Shown: piece by piece, positions 52,179-60,832 of the stretch
How the letters are laid out: every line of letters begins with the position of its first letter
How positions within the stretch are numbered: position 1 is the stretch's first letter
DNA from: an uncultured Candidatus Entotheonella sp.
GTDB taxonomy: Bacteria; Tectomicrobia; Entotheonellia; Entotheonellales; Entotheonellaceae
DNA length: 64,000 nt
Direction of reading: 5' to 3'
Assembly: GCA_965215335.1 (NCBI GenBank)
Contig: CBDCDA010000001.1
Location: 1,696,001 to 1,760,000, forward strand
Notes under the pieces: model-generated
Databases searched by the model: none
Seen by the model: only the letters and a program-made list of their open reading frames with translations
What the model was told of the DNA's origin: nothing
Made by a program: the position numbers and the translations under genes

Positions 52179-53183
52179 ATGAACCGTTCGGGAGGGTGTT
52201 CTGGGATCATGGCGGCCGTCGCGCTGGCGGCACTGATTGTCACCTCCGGCATGGCGCTCGCCGCTTGCGGAAAAGTGACCATTGGCGAAATGAACTGGCC
52301 GTCGGCAAGCGTGATCGCCAACGTCGAAAAGTTCATCCTGAAGGCGGGCTACGGCTGCGAGGTCGAGCTGGTGCAGACCGCCCTGGTACCGGCCATGACC
52401 TCGATGGTAGAGAAGGGCGAGCCCGACGTCGCCTCGGAGATCTGGATCAATTCCGTCAGGGAGAGCTTCGAGAAGGGCGTTGCCGAGGGCCGTCTCGTGT
52501 CTGCCGGCAACGTGCTGTCGGACGGCGGTATCGAGGGGTGGTGGATTCCCGCGTACTTCGCCGCGGCGCACCCCGACATCCGCACCGTGCAGCAGGTGCT
52601 GGACAACGCGCAGTTGTTCCAGGACCCGGAGGACCCGTCCAGGGGCCGCTTTTACAACTGCCCGTCCGGCTGGGCCTGCAAGATCATCAACAGCAATCTT
52701 TTCCGCGCCTACGGCCTGGACGAGCGCTTCAACGACTTCAACCCGGGCTCGGCCGAAGGGCTGGCCAGCTCTATTGTCAAGGCCTACGAACGGCAGGAGC
52801 CCTGGTTCGGCTACTACTGGACGCCGACCGCCATCCTGGGCAAGTATCCCATGGTGATGGTCGAACTGGCCGATTTCGACGCCGCCGGGCATGCGTGCAA
52901 CTCCAGGGAAAATTGCGACAAACCCTATCCCGGACGTTATCCCGTCGGCCGGGTGGTAGCGGCGGCGACGCGGGCGTTCGCGGACAGCCACCCCGACGAG
53001 TTGGCCTTCATCAGCAACGTCTCCTTTCCCAACGACGTGATGAACGCCGTGCTGGCGTGGGGCGAGGACAACCAGGCCGAGGGTAACGAAATGGCCGGCT
53101 ATTTCGTCGTGAAGCACGAGGCGCTGTGGTCTTCATGGCTGCCGGAGGACGTGGCGGCCAGGGTGAAAGCGGCCCTGCAATAA
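52179..53183 (+). CDS. proX: Glycine betaine/proline-type ABC substrate-binding protein
   Basis: MNWPS, EGWWIPAY, CPSGWAC, GYYWTPT. Confidence 0.85.
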   Translation: MNRSGGCSGIMAAVALAALIVTSGMALAACGKVTIGEMNWPSASVIANVEKFILKAGYGCEVELVQTALVPAMTSMVEKGEPDVASEIWINSVRESFEKGVAEGRLVSAGNVLSDGGIEGWWIPAYFAAAHPDIRTVQQVLDNAQLFQDPEDPSRGRFYNCPSGWACKIINSNLFRAYGLDERFNDFNPGSAEGLASSIVKAYERQEPWFGYYWTPTAILGKYPMVMVELADFDAAGHACNSRENCDKPYPGRYPVGRVVAAATRAFADSHPDELAFISNVSFPNDVMNAVLAWGEDNQAEGNEMAGYFVVKHEALWSSWLPEDVAARVKAALQ

Positions 53184-53268
53184 ATACGCGAGAGCCGGGC
53201 GGCCCACGCACCGTGGGCCGCCCATGGGTGCGCCGATCCCCGGCGTCGGCTTGCGGGGGGCAGGAATC

Positions 53269-54261
53269 ATGCCGTGGTTGGAAAACGTCGTCGTCCTGCT
53301 CGGACTGCGCGCCGCCTGCAACCCGGAAGACGGCGCCAGCGAGCAACTCTTCGCGCTCAATCGCGCGGAGCCGAATTTCCCGTCTCTGGATCAATTCAGC
53401 GCCGCCTGCCCCGCCCTGCCCCGCATTCGCGACCTGCAAAAGGCCATCGACACCGGCTACAGAGACTTCACCCGCTCGTGGGGCGACGTCATCGAGTCCT
53501 TCTTCAACCCCTTCCTCGACTTCCTCGTCTGGACCGAAAACCTGCTGGTCGGCGCCCCGTGGTGGCTGATCCTCGTCGTCATCACCGCCCTCGTCTGTCT
53601 GACGACCCGGCGGCGGCTGCACACCGCGGCGGTCGTCGTGGTGCTGGCGGTCATCGGGTTCTTCGGCATGTGGGACGACGCCATGCGGACGCTGTCGTTC
53701 ATCCTCGTCTGCACCCTCATCTGCATCCTGCTCGGCATCCCCATCGGCGTGCTGATGGCGCGCTCCGGCCGCATGCGCACCACCGTCACGCCCGTCCTGG
53801 ACGTCATGCAGACCATGCCGAGCTTCGTGTACCTGATCCCGGTCGTCATGCTGTTCGGGGTCGGCAAGGTGCCCGGCGCCATCGCCGTGATCGCCTACGC
53901 CATTCCGCCCGTCATTCGTCTCACCGACCTGGGCATTCGCCTGGTCGACCGGGAAGTCCTGGAGGCGAGCGAGGCGTTCGGGGCCAGCAACTGGCAGAAG
54001 CTGATCGACGTCCAGATGCCGCTGGCGCTGCCGAACATCCTGGCCGGGGTCAACCAGACGATCATGATGGCACTCGCCATGGTGGTCATCGCGTCGATGG
54101 TGGCGGTGCGCGGCCTGGGGACCGAGGTGCTGGAAGCGGTGACCAATCAGCACCTCGCCAAGGGCCTGTTCAACGGTCTGGCCGTGGTGGCCTTAGCGGT
54201 CATGTTCGACCGCGTGACGCGGCAGACGATTCTGCAGAGCCAGAAGCACGTGCAGGGGTAA
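53269..54261 (+). CDS. proW: Glycine betaine/proline-type ABC permease
   Basis: LDVMQTMPSFVYLIP, AGVNQTIMMAL. Confidence 0.9.
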   Translation: MPWLENVVVLLGLRAACNPEDGASEQLFALNRAEPNFPSLDQFSAACPALPRIRDLQKAIDTGYRDFTRSWGDVIESFFNPFLDFLVWTENLLVGAPWWLILVVITALVCLTTRRRLHTAAVVVVLAVIGFFGMWDDAMRTLSFILVCTLICILLGIPIGVLMARSGRMRTTVTPVLDVMQTMPSFVYLIPVVMLFGVGKVPGAIAVIAYAIPPVIRLTDLGIRLVDREVLEASEAFGASNWQKLIDVQMPLALPNILAGVNQTIMMALAMVVIASMVAVRGLGTEVLEAVTNQHLAKGLFNGLAVVALAVMFDRVTRQTILQSQKHVQG

Positions 54262-54268
54262 CGACGGC

Positions 54269-55300
54269 ATGCCGGAAGCCAAGATCGTCGTCGAGCGGCT
54301 GTACAAGATTTTCGGACCGGCGCCCGCCGAGGCGCTGGCACGCGCCAAGGCGGGCGTCAGCAAGCAGCGCCTGCTCACCGATTACGGCCACGTTCTCGCC
54401 CTGGCGGACGTCAACCTTGCCATCGCGGACCGGAAAATCTTCGTGGTCATGGGGCTGTCCGGCTCCGGCAAGTCAACGCTCATTCGCCATTTCAACCGCC
54501 TGATCGAGCCAACCGAGGGCACGATCAGCATCGACGGGCAGGACGTGCTGCGGCTGTCGCGCCGCCACCTGGAGGCATTCCGCCGCCAGAAGATGAGCAT
54601 GGTCTTTCAGCGCTTCGGACTGCTGCCGCACCGCACCGTGCTGCAAAACGTCGGGTACGGTCTGGCGGTGCAGAACCTCGGCAAGGCGGACGTCGGCCGT
54701 CGGGCCATGCAGTGGATCGAGCAGGTGGGTCTGGAGGGGTTCGAGAATCATTACCCGGGGCAGCTTTCCGGCGGCATGCAGCAGCGCGTCGGCCTGGCGC
54801 GCGCCCTGGCCACCGACGCCGAGATTCTCCTCATGGACGAGGCGTTCAGCGCCCTCGACCCGCTCATCCGCACCAGCATGCAGGACCTGCTGCTGGAACT
54901 CCAGACGAAACTGAGCAAGACCATCGTGCTCATCACGCACGACCTCGACGAGGCCCTGAAGCTGGGCGACACCATCGCCATCCTCAACGACGGCATGGTG
55001 GTGCAGGCGGGCGACCCGCAGGACGTCATCATGCACCCGGCCAACGAGTACGTCGAGAACTTCGTGCAGGACGTCAACCGCGCGCGGGTGATCCGCGCCC
55101 GTTCGATCATGGGACCCGTTACGGCAGCAGCCAACGGCGCCGACCCGCAGGTCGAGGTGACGGCGAACGACAATCTGGAAGCCGTGCTCGCCGCCATGCA
55201 GGGCGATCCCGACGGCTGCGTCGGCGTGACGCAGGACGGGCTGACGGTAGGCACCATCACGGCCCGCAGAATGCTGGAAGTGCTGCCACCGCAGCGCTGA
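54269..55300 (+). CDS. proV: Glycine betaine/proline-type ABC ATPase
   Basis: MGLSGSGKSTL, LSGGMQQRVGLARAL, DEAFSALDPLIR. Confidence 0.92.
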   Translation: MPEAKIVVERLYKIFGPAPAEALARAKAGVSKQRLLTDYGHVLALADVNLAIADRKIFVVMGLSGSGKSTLIRHFNRLIEPTEGTISIDGQDVLRLSRRHLEAFRRQKMSMVFQRFGLLPHRTVLQNVGYGLAVQNLGKADVGRRAMQWIEQVGLEGFENHYPGQLSGGMQQRVGLARALATDAEILLMDEAFSALDPLIRTSMQDLLLELQTKLSKTIVLITHDLDEALKLGDTIAILNDGMVVQAGDPQDVIMHPANEYVENFVQDVNRARVIRARSIMGPVTAAANGADPQVEVTANDNLEAVLAAMQGDPDGCVGVTQDGLTVGTITARRMLEVLPPQR

Positions 55301-55437
55301 ACCGGGTCCCGCGACTTGCAGGGGTCGCCGCGCGGCAGGGGCCTGCACGGTCTTGATGGCCGACCGCATCCCCGCCGGATTGAACGGCTCCTCGCCCGGG
55401 TTCGGATCTGCCCACGCCGGGCGTTTCCTCACGGTCC

Positions 55438-56046
55438 CTATTGCTCCAGGCAGTACAGATGCGCGCGATAATCGCACCGACCCGGGAATACGCCAGTGCG
55501 CGACCAGGCGGGCGTGGCGGTGTCCGTCGCGCCCCACCAGCCGCCGTCGTAGCGACGGCGCGAGGTCCAGTCGGCGCAGCTGGGTGACAGTGCCCGGCCG
55601 TCGGGAGAGGTGGCGGTGCGGGCGAGGAACGGAGACGGCACGGCGTCGCCGTATTCCGTGCGGTCGATGGGGTGGGCGAGGTCGCCGGCGGTCAGGTCGG
55701 TGTAGTCGTCGGCGACCCGGATGCCGCCCGGCATGACGTAGGGCACGTCCTTGTGGGCGATACGGGCGCCGGCCGGCTCCGCCGCAGTGGACAGCCAGGC
55801 GCGAAACACGCCAGGCAGCCCGGCCCGACGCGCTGCCGTCTGGCACCGCGCATCGGCGCCTTCCAGGCCGCCGAAGTTGCCCTGGAAGGCGGCGTGGGTG
55901 ACGAATATCACCACCGTCTCCTGGCACGCCGCCGGGCGCGCGACGCCAACCGTCGCCGGGCAGCCGGCGTCCTGCGCTGCGGCTGCGGCGCCGAACAGGA
56001 ACGCCGTTACGAAAAAACCTGCCGATGTCGCCAACCCATACCGCAT
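55438..56046 (-). CDS. Secreted Cys-rich DUF1554/endostatin-like protein
   Basis: Signal peptide; IFVT...GNFGGLEGADARC...FRAWLS...CADWTS...HLYCLEQ. Confidence 0.75.
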   Translation of the reverse strand: MRYGLATSAGFFVTAFLFGAAAAAQDAGCPATVGVARPAACQETVVIFVTHAAFQGNFGGLEGADARCQTAARRAGLPGVFRAWLSTAAEPAGARIAHKDVPYVMPGGIRVADDYTDLTAGDLAHPIDRTEYGDAVPSPFLARTATSPDGRALSPSCADWTSRRRYDGGWWGATDTATPAWSRTGVFPGRCDYRAHLYCLEQ

Positions 56047-56523
56047 CCTTGTCCCTCCCATTCCCGTATCGGATTGCCGGATTACGCTGCGCTGATCCGA
56101 CTACATCTTCACTTGCTCTGCGCTGCGGCGCGGAACGTCGCGACAAACTGCCGCCACTCGGCCTCCGGCGCCCCCTCCGGCACCGGCGCGTACAATTCAA
56201 TCAAGGAGCTTATCATGTCCACGACGCCATGCGCCTGTGGGACCTCACCATCGGCTGGGCCGCCTTCCCGCACCTCTACGAACGGCGGCGCCCCAAGACC
56301 ACCGCCGGCCAGCCCCACGTCGAAGCTCGGTTCACCCCCCCCGCTTCGACGCCCGCGACTGGGCGCACCATCAGCCACCCGGCGCCGTGACGGAATTCAG
56401 CGTCATGGGGCTTGCCATCGCGAGCCAGGTCCTCTATATTGGCAATCCAGTCTGGATTTGCAACGGCCACTCGGTAGTAGTCTGTCTGGGCCACTTGGCG
56501 AACTTTCATAACGACATGGGAGC

Positions 56524-56552
56524 TTGTCATCGCAGGACAGACGTGGTATAAT
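56524..56552 (+). promoter_or_regulatory. Near-consensus sigma70 promoter of the surface lipoprotein
   Basis: TTGTCA-N17-TATAAT with extended -10 TG. Confidence 0.75.
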
Positions 56553-56703
56553 CAAGCGTTTGATGCCATGATCAGGGCGTCAGGTGGTCTGCGAATAGCA
56601 CGATTCCCCAATATCGCGAGGCGAGTGTTCACGATTCGGGGCCTTCACCGATGGGGTCTCCGGGGTACTAGCAAACAGTTTTGCCTGATGAGGAGGGTTC
56701 TGA

Positions 56704-58545
56704 ATGAACCTCAGGAAATTGGGAAGGATGTCCGGGATTGTCGCTGCCATCGCGATGCTGGCGATGGCTCTGCAAGGATGCGGGGGTGATGACGGCGAGG
56801 TCGATCAGTCCCTGTACGACCAGGTGGTAAACGAACGCGAGGCCGCCTTGGCAGCCCAGGAGGCAGCCGAGGCAGCCGCTGCTGAAGCCCAGGCGGAGGC
56901 CGAGGCAGCCGAGGCAGCCGCTGCTGAAGCCCAGGCGGAGGCCGAGGCAGCCAAGGAAGCCGCTGCTGAAGCCCAGGCGGAGGCTGCTGCCGCCTCGGCG
57001 GTGGCGGAGGCCGCTGCTGCCGACAAGGCGGTGGCGGAGGCCGCTGCTGCTGAAGCCCAGGCGAGGATCGTTGTCGCCGAGGCAGCCCAGGCGGAGGCCG
57101 AGGCAGCCCAGGCGGAGGCCGAGGCAGCCCAGGCGGAGGCCGAGGCAGCCCAGGCGGAGGCCGAGGCAGCCCAGGCGGAGGCCGAGGCAGCCGCTGCTGC
57201 TGCCCAGGAGGCAGCCCAGGCCCAGATGGAGCAGGACGCCGAGGCTGCCCGGCTGGCGCGACTGGCGCGGGTGAACGCGAAAGCGATCATGAACTCGGCG
57301 ACGCAGTATGATCATGATGAGGATGGTGATGAGAATAGTCCCACCCCCCCTCTCTCCAGCGTCTCGGAAGGGTTCCAAGGAGACATTCACTTACCCGGTG
57401 ACACTAATATGGATCGGGTGGACGATGCTAGCGAAGACTGGCTGACGCTGACAGCGACGCGCGCCGGCTCTGTGGTTACGTTCAAGGCGACGGCTGACAA
57501 CGCTGACGACCCTGTCTTCGAATTCGACGCAACCGCGGGCGCCGCCGGCATGACGGAAGTGGACATGCCTGGTGGACGCACCCGGCACATCCACCTGATG
57601 TCGGACATCGAGGACGTATCGTCGGCGGGAATAACGTTCGCCGACTATGCCGCCCTTGAGGCTGGCCTCGTTACTTCTGACTTTGATCCGGGGAGACAGG
57701 AAACTTCTTATCGGGTCCTATTCGATGGCAATGATAAGATCAATGCCAATTTCCCCATTCCAACAGTGGAACATACGGAGGTTTCGCTACCTCAGGGCTC
57801 AGAGCGTATTGGGACCTATGACGGGGTGCCGGGCGTGTATCGGTGTAGCGCTGCCAGATGCGTTTTTATGCTACAGGCCGACGGCACGGTGATACAACCG
57901 GGTAACAATTTTTATTTCATACCCGCCGAAGATGCTGACAACATTCCCGGCCTCCCCGACGCGGACTACCTCGTCTATGGCGCCTGGTTGACAGTCCCGG
58001 ACAGCGTGGCCGGGGTAGCCGACGCTGCCGCCATCGCGGCGGGGAGTGACCTGTTCACCGGCTCCAGCATAGATGGACTCACGGGCGAGGCGGCATACGA
58101 GGGCTCGGCGGCCGGTTTCTACGCCGATCGTCCCGTTGACAGCGATGCCGCCGTCTCCGGCACGTTCACCGCGACGGCCACGTTGAACGCCGATTTTGGC
58201 GCCGACAACGAAGCCGGCACCCTGGAGGGAAAGATCACGGATTTTGTGCGGGATGACGGTGCAGAGGTCGATTGGATGGTTACGCTTGACGCGGTTACGC
58301 TCGGCAACGCCGATGATGGCGGGTTCGCTTCGGGCATGACCGGAGGTCTCGCGGGTGGGGCCCCCTGGGACAAAGGCGAATGGGGCGTCCAGATCGTCGG
58401 CAATGCCTCGGATGCTCGGCAGCATCCGAGCGGCGTCGTCGGAACGTTCGGTGCCGAGCGAGGCGAGCCTGATCCAGAAACAGACCCCACTGAAACCGAT
58501 ATTGGTTTTACCGGCGTCATCGGCGGCTTTGGCGCCAGAAATTAA
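56704..58545 (+). CDS. Surface lipoprotein with Ala/Glu repeat stalk and TbpB-like C-terminal barrel (likely Slam cargo)
   Basis: Lipobox LQGC (Cys26); DADYLVYGAWL, GEAAYEGSAAGFY, FTATATLNADF, GVVGTFGA, VIGGFGARN; GAGGAGG RBS. Confidence 0.82.
   Translation: MNLRKLGRMSGIVAAIAMLAMALQGCGGDDGEVDQSLYDQVVNEREAALAAQEAAEAAAAEAQAEAEAAEAAAAEAQAEAEAAKEAAAEAQAEAAAASAVAEAAAADKAVAEAAAAEAQARIVVAEAAQAEAEAAQAEAEAAQAEAEAAQAEAEAAQAEAEAAAAAAQEAAQAQMEQDAEAARLARLARVNAKAIMNSATQYDHDEDGDENSPTPPLSSVSEGFQGDIHLPGDTNMDRVDDASEDWLTLTATRAGSVVTFKATADNADDPVFEFDATAGAAGMTEVDMPGGRTRHIHLMSDIEDVSSAGITFADYAALEAGLVTSDFDPGRQETSYRVLFDGNDKINANFPIPTVEHTEVSLPQGSERIGTYDGVPGVYRCSAARCVFMLQADGTVIQPGNNFYFIPAEDADNIPGLPDADYLVYGAWLTVPDSVAGVADAAAIAAGSDLFTGSSIDGLTGEAAYEGSAAGFYADRPVDSDAAVSGTFTATATLNADFGADNEAGTLEGKITDFVRDDGAEVDWMVTLDAVTLGNADDGGFASGMTGGLAGGAPWDKGEWGVQIVGNASDARQHPSGVVGTFGAERGEPDPETDPTETDIGFTGVIGGFGARN
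57076..57192 (+). repeat. Perfect 21-bp coding tandem repeat (5 copies plus a partial)
   Basis: GCCGAGGCAGCCCAGGCGGAG x5 = AEAAQAE heptads; related longer repeats at ~56860-57060. Confidence 0.95.
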
Positions 58546-58583
58546 GGGAAGGGCTTCCCTTCCCTTGGTTTCCTCAAATCGAC

Positions 58584-58621
58584 GAGCGGGCAGTCCGGGT
58601 TTTCTGGCTGCCCGCTTTTTT
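58584..58621 (+). terminator. Intrinsic terminator between the cargo gene and slam
   Basis: AGCGGGCAG...CTGCCCGCT stem followed by a T-run. Confidence 0.75.
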
Positions 58622-58657
58622 GTGACATATCCCGATCCGAGAGGCGATCCCCGACCG

Positions 58658-59959
58658 ATGCCGGTTCCCCGACCCTTCTACCGGGCGTTCGCCTCGGCTG
58701 TCCTGCTGGCATGCGTGATTCTGGCGGCGGTGGCGCAGGCCCAGGAAGCGCCGCCGCGCGCGGATGACGACCGCGACCGCCTCGCCGCGCTGTTCCGCAT
58801 CGGCATGGCGGCGCTGGCCGCGGCCGAGCAGGCCGACGGCGACCCGGCGCGTCAGGCGCTTTACGACGAGGCCATCGCCGCCTTCCGGCAAATCCTGGTC
58901 ACCCGCCCCGACTTGGTGCGGGTGCGCCTGGAGCTGGCGCGGACGTTCTTCCTGAAGGAGCAGGACGGGCTGGCACGGCGGCACTTCGAGCTGGTGCTGG
59001 CCGGCGGGGTGCCGCCCGCGGTGACCGCCAACGTTCATCGGTTCCTGAGCGTCATGCGCGCCCGCAAGCGCTGGACGGGCCATTTCGGCGCCGCCATTGC
59101 CCCGGACAGCAACCTGAACGCCTCCTCGGAAAGCGAGATCATCTACATCGACACGGTATTCGGGCGGCTGCCCTTCCGGCGCGAGGGAGACTTCGGCGCC
59201 CAATCGGGCCTGGGTTTCTCGGTGTGGGGCGGTGGCGAGTACCAGCAGCCGCTGGCTCAGCGGCTGCGGCTGCGGGTGGGCGCGGACGTGGTGCAGCGGG
59301 AATACGGCGGCAGCGACTTCGATCAGTTCCTCCTGTCCGCCCATGCCGGGCCGCGCTGGCTGGCCGGCCCGGTCACCGAGTTCAGCCTGCTGGCCACCGC
59401 CCATCGGCAGTGGCTCGGCGGGGTGCCGCACGTTGACGAGACCGGCGTGCGCCTCGAACTCGACCACCGCCTGACGCCCCGGATTTGGGCGCGCGGCACC
59501 GCGGCGTACCGCGAGCGCGACTACCGCCAGCGCGACTTTCTCGACGGCCCGGTGGTCGATTTCACCGCCCGCTTCGCCTGGACGCCGGCGCCCGTGCTGC
59601 GCGTGCACATGACCGCGGGCTACGAGCGCGGCCATGCGGCGTCGGAGCACTGGCGCAGCCTGAGCCGCTGGGTGCGGGTGGGCACGTCGCTGGCTCTGCC
59701 GCTGGGCTTCACCCTGGGCACCAGCGCCCAGATGCGGCGGACGTATTACGACGGCAGCGGCCGGGTGCACCTGACGCTGAGCGGCAGGAGGAGATTGGAC
59801 CGCACCCGCACGTTCAGTATCTCGGTCCTCAACCGCGCCTTCACGCTCCTGGGCTTCAGCCCCCAGCTGGCGCTCGTTCACGAGGCCCGCCTGACCAACG
59901 CCCAGGCACAGGATTATGAACGCAATCGCGCCGAGCTGCGCTTCGTGCGGCAGTTTTGA
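58658..59959 (+). CDS. Surface lipoprotein assembly modifier (Slam / DUF560, type XI secretion translocon)
   Basis: Signal peptide; TPR (RVRLELARTFF..ARRHFE), APDSNLN, beta-barrel ending ELRFVRQF; adjacent TbpB-like lipoprotein. Confidence 0.85.
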   Translation: MPVPRPFYRAFASAVLLACVILAAVAQAQEAPPRADDDRDRLAALFRIGMAALAAAEQADGDPARQALYDEAIAAFRQILVTRPDLVRVRLELARTFFLKEQDGLARRHFELVLAGGVPPAVTANVHRFLSVMRARKRWTGHFGAAIAPDSNLNASSESEIIYIDTVFGRLPFRREGDFGAQSGLGFSVWGGGEYQQPLAQRLRLRVGADVVQREYGGSDFDQFLLSAHAGPRWLAGPVTEFSLLATAHRQWLGGVPHVDETGVRLELDHRLTPRIWARGTAAYRERDYRQRDFLDGPVVDFTARFAWTPAPVLRVHMTAGYERGHAASEHWRSLSRWVRVGTSLALPLGFTLGTSAQMRRTYYDGSGRVHLTLSGRRRLDRTRTFSISVLNRAFTLLGFSPQLALVHEARLTNAQAQDYERNRAELRFVRQF

Positions 59960-59988
59960 AGCGGGCCGAACGCTACCGATAACGTGAC

Positions 59989-60018
59989 TTGACAAGGCAC
60001 GGGAACCTCTGGTAGAAA
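59989..60018 (+). promoter_or_regulatory. Putative sigma70 promoter of the NPC-repeat gene
   Basis: TTGACA-N18-TAGAAA. Confidence 0.55.
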
Positions 60019-60067
60019 TAGGGCATCCTCAAGGTACGTAAACATTTGACACACAGGAGGCAAGTCC

Positions 60068-60232
60068 ATGCGCAAGTCTGTCGTTGTCTTTCTGACCCTG
60101 GCGATGTTCCTCGTCGGTTCCTCCGTGGCGTTTGGCGCCAGCCACGAGGAAGGCGAGGCCAACCCGTGCAACCCGTGCAACCCGTGCAATCCCTGTAACC
60201 CGTGCAATCCGGATGGCGGTGACGGTAACTAG
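60068..60232 (+). CDS. 54-aa secreted peptide with (NPC)5 repeat (not in ORF track)
   Basis: AGGAGG RBS; MRKSVVVFLTLAMFLVGSSVAFGASHEEGEANPCNPCNPCNPCNPCNPDGGDGN*; repeats vary only at third codon positions. Confidence 0.88.
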   Translation: MRKSVVVFLTLAMFLVGSSVAFGASHEEGEANPCNPCNPCNPCNPCNPDGGDGN

Positions 60233-60261
60233 CTAGCCGTCGATTCGTTGCCGTAGCGGGC

Positions 60262-60300
60262 AAGGCGCGCGGGGAAAATTTTTCCCGCGCGCCTTTTTTA
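60262..60300 (+). terminator. Intrinsic terminator after the NPC peptide
   Basis: AAGGCGCGCGGG...CCCGCGCGCCTTTTTT. Confidence 0.85.
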
Positions 60301-60337
60301 TTTGCGGATTCCCCTTCCGGCGAAGGCGAGCCGGCAC

Positions 60338-60375
60338 AAAAAAACCGGCGTCTCCCGTTTCGGGAGATGCCGGTT
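60338..60375 (-). terminator. Intrinsic terminator after tRNA-fMet
   Basis: Minus strand CCGGCATCTCCCG-AAA-CGGGAGACGCCGG-TTTTTTT. Confidence 0.85.
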
Positions 60376-60380
60376 CCTGA

Positions 60381-60454
60381 TAGCGGGGGCTGGATTTGAA
60401 CCAGCGACCTTTGGGTTATGAGCCCAACGAGCTGCCTGACTGCTCCACCCCGCA
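60381..60454 (-). tRNA. Initiator tRNA-fMet (CAT)
   Basis: TGCGGGGTGGAGCAG...TTGGG-CTCATAA-CCCAA...GGTTCAAATCC...CCCCGCTA; three G-C anticodon-stem pairs, U1:U72 mismatch, CCA not encoded. Confidence 0.96.
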
Positions 60455-60467
60455 CTGGATGACGGGA

Positions 60468-60496
60468 AGCATATCGCCTGACGGCGATATTGTCAA
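60468..60496 (-). promoter_or_regulatory. tRNA promoter with palindromic spacer
   Basis: TTGACA-N17-TATGCT; contains ATATCGCC-TGAC-GGCGATAT. Confidence 0.7.
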
Positions 60497-60506
60497 GGTT
60501 TCAATC

Positions 60507-60818
60507 TCATCGTTCGTCGGCGAATTCGAACACCACCTCGCCGGGACGCACCAGCCGCAATTCCTCGCGGGCAATCTTCTCGATGTATTCCAGGTCGTTC
60601 AGCAGACGCCAGATCTCGCGGCGCAATTCGCCGTTTACCGCCTCGACGGCGGCGATATCGCTTTCCAGCACGGCGAGCTCGTGCTGCTTTTCCCACATGG
60701 CGAGGAAGCCCTTTTCGTTGTGAATCGCCAGCGCCATCATGCCCACGACGAAGATGCCGCCGAGGATCAGGGCGATGCACAGCCAGGGGGTGGTGAAAAT
60801 CCGGCGAGCGCCGCGCAT
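60507..60818 (-). CDS. ftsB: Septum formation initiator (FtsB/DivIC)
   Basis: One TM helix, coiled coil, YIEKIAREELRLVRPGEVVF. Confidence 0.88.
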   Translation of the reverse strand: MRGARRIFTTPWLCIALILGGIFVVGMMALAIHNEKGFLAMWEKQHELAVLESDIAAVEAVNGELRREIWRLLNDLEYIEKIAREELRLVRPGEVVFEFADER

Positions 60819-60832
60819 CGCATCCGACCTTT

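Noticed and set aside
56105..56520. Short ORFs between the DUF1554-like gene and the lipoprotein promoter
   Set aside because: Possibly a decayed gene, but no family could be recognised in any frame
56855..57192. Possible CRISPR array
   Set aside because: Repeats are contiguous with no spacers, are multiples of 3 and lie within a coding frame; no cas genes
59914..60207. Minus-strand ORF with (HGL)n repeat
   Set aside because: Antisense of the NPC peptide; the RBS, signal peptide, promoter and terminator all support the plus strand
55300..60381. Integrative element at tRNA-fMet
   Set aside because: Accessory-looking content, but I saw no integrase and no duplicated tRNA 3' end; kept only as an islet hypothesis
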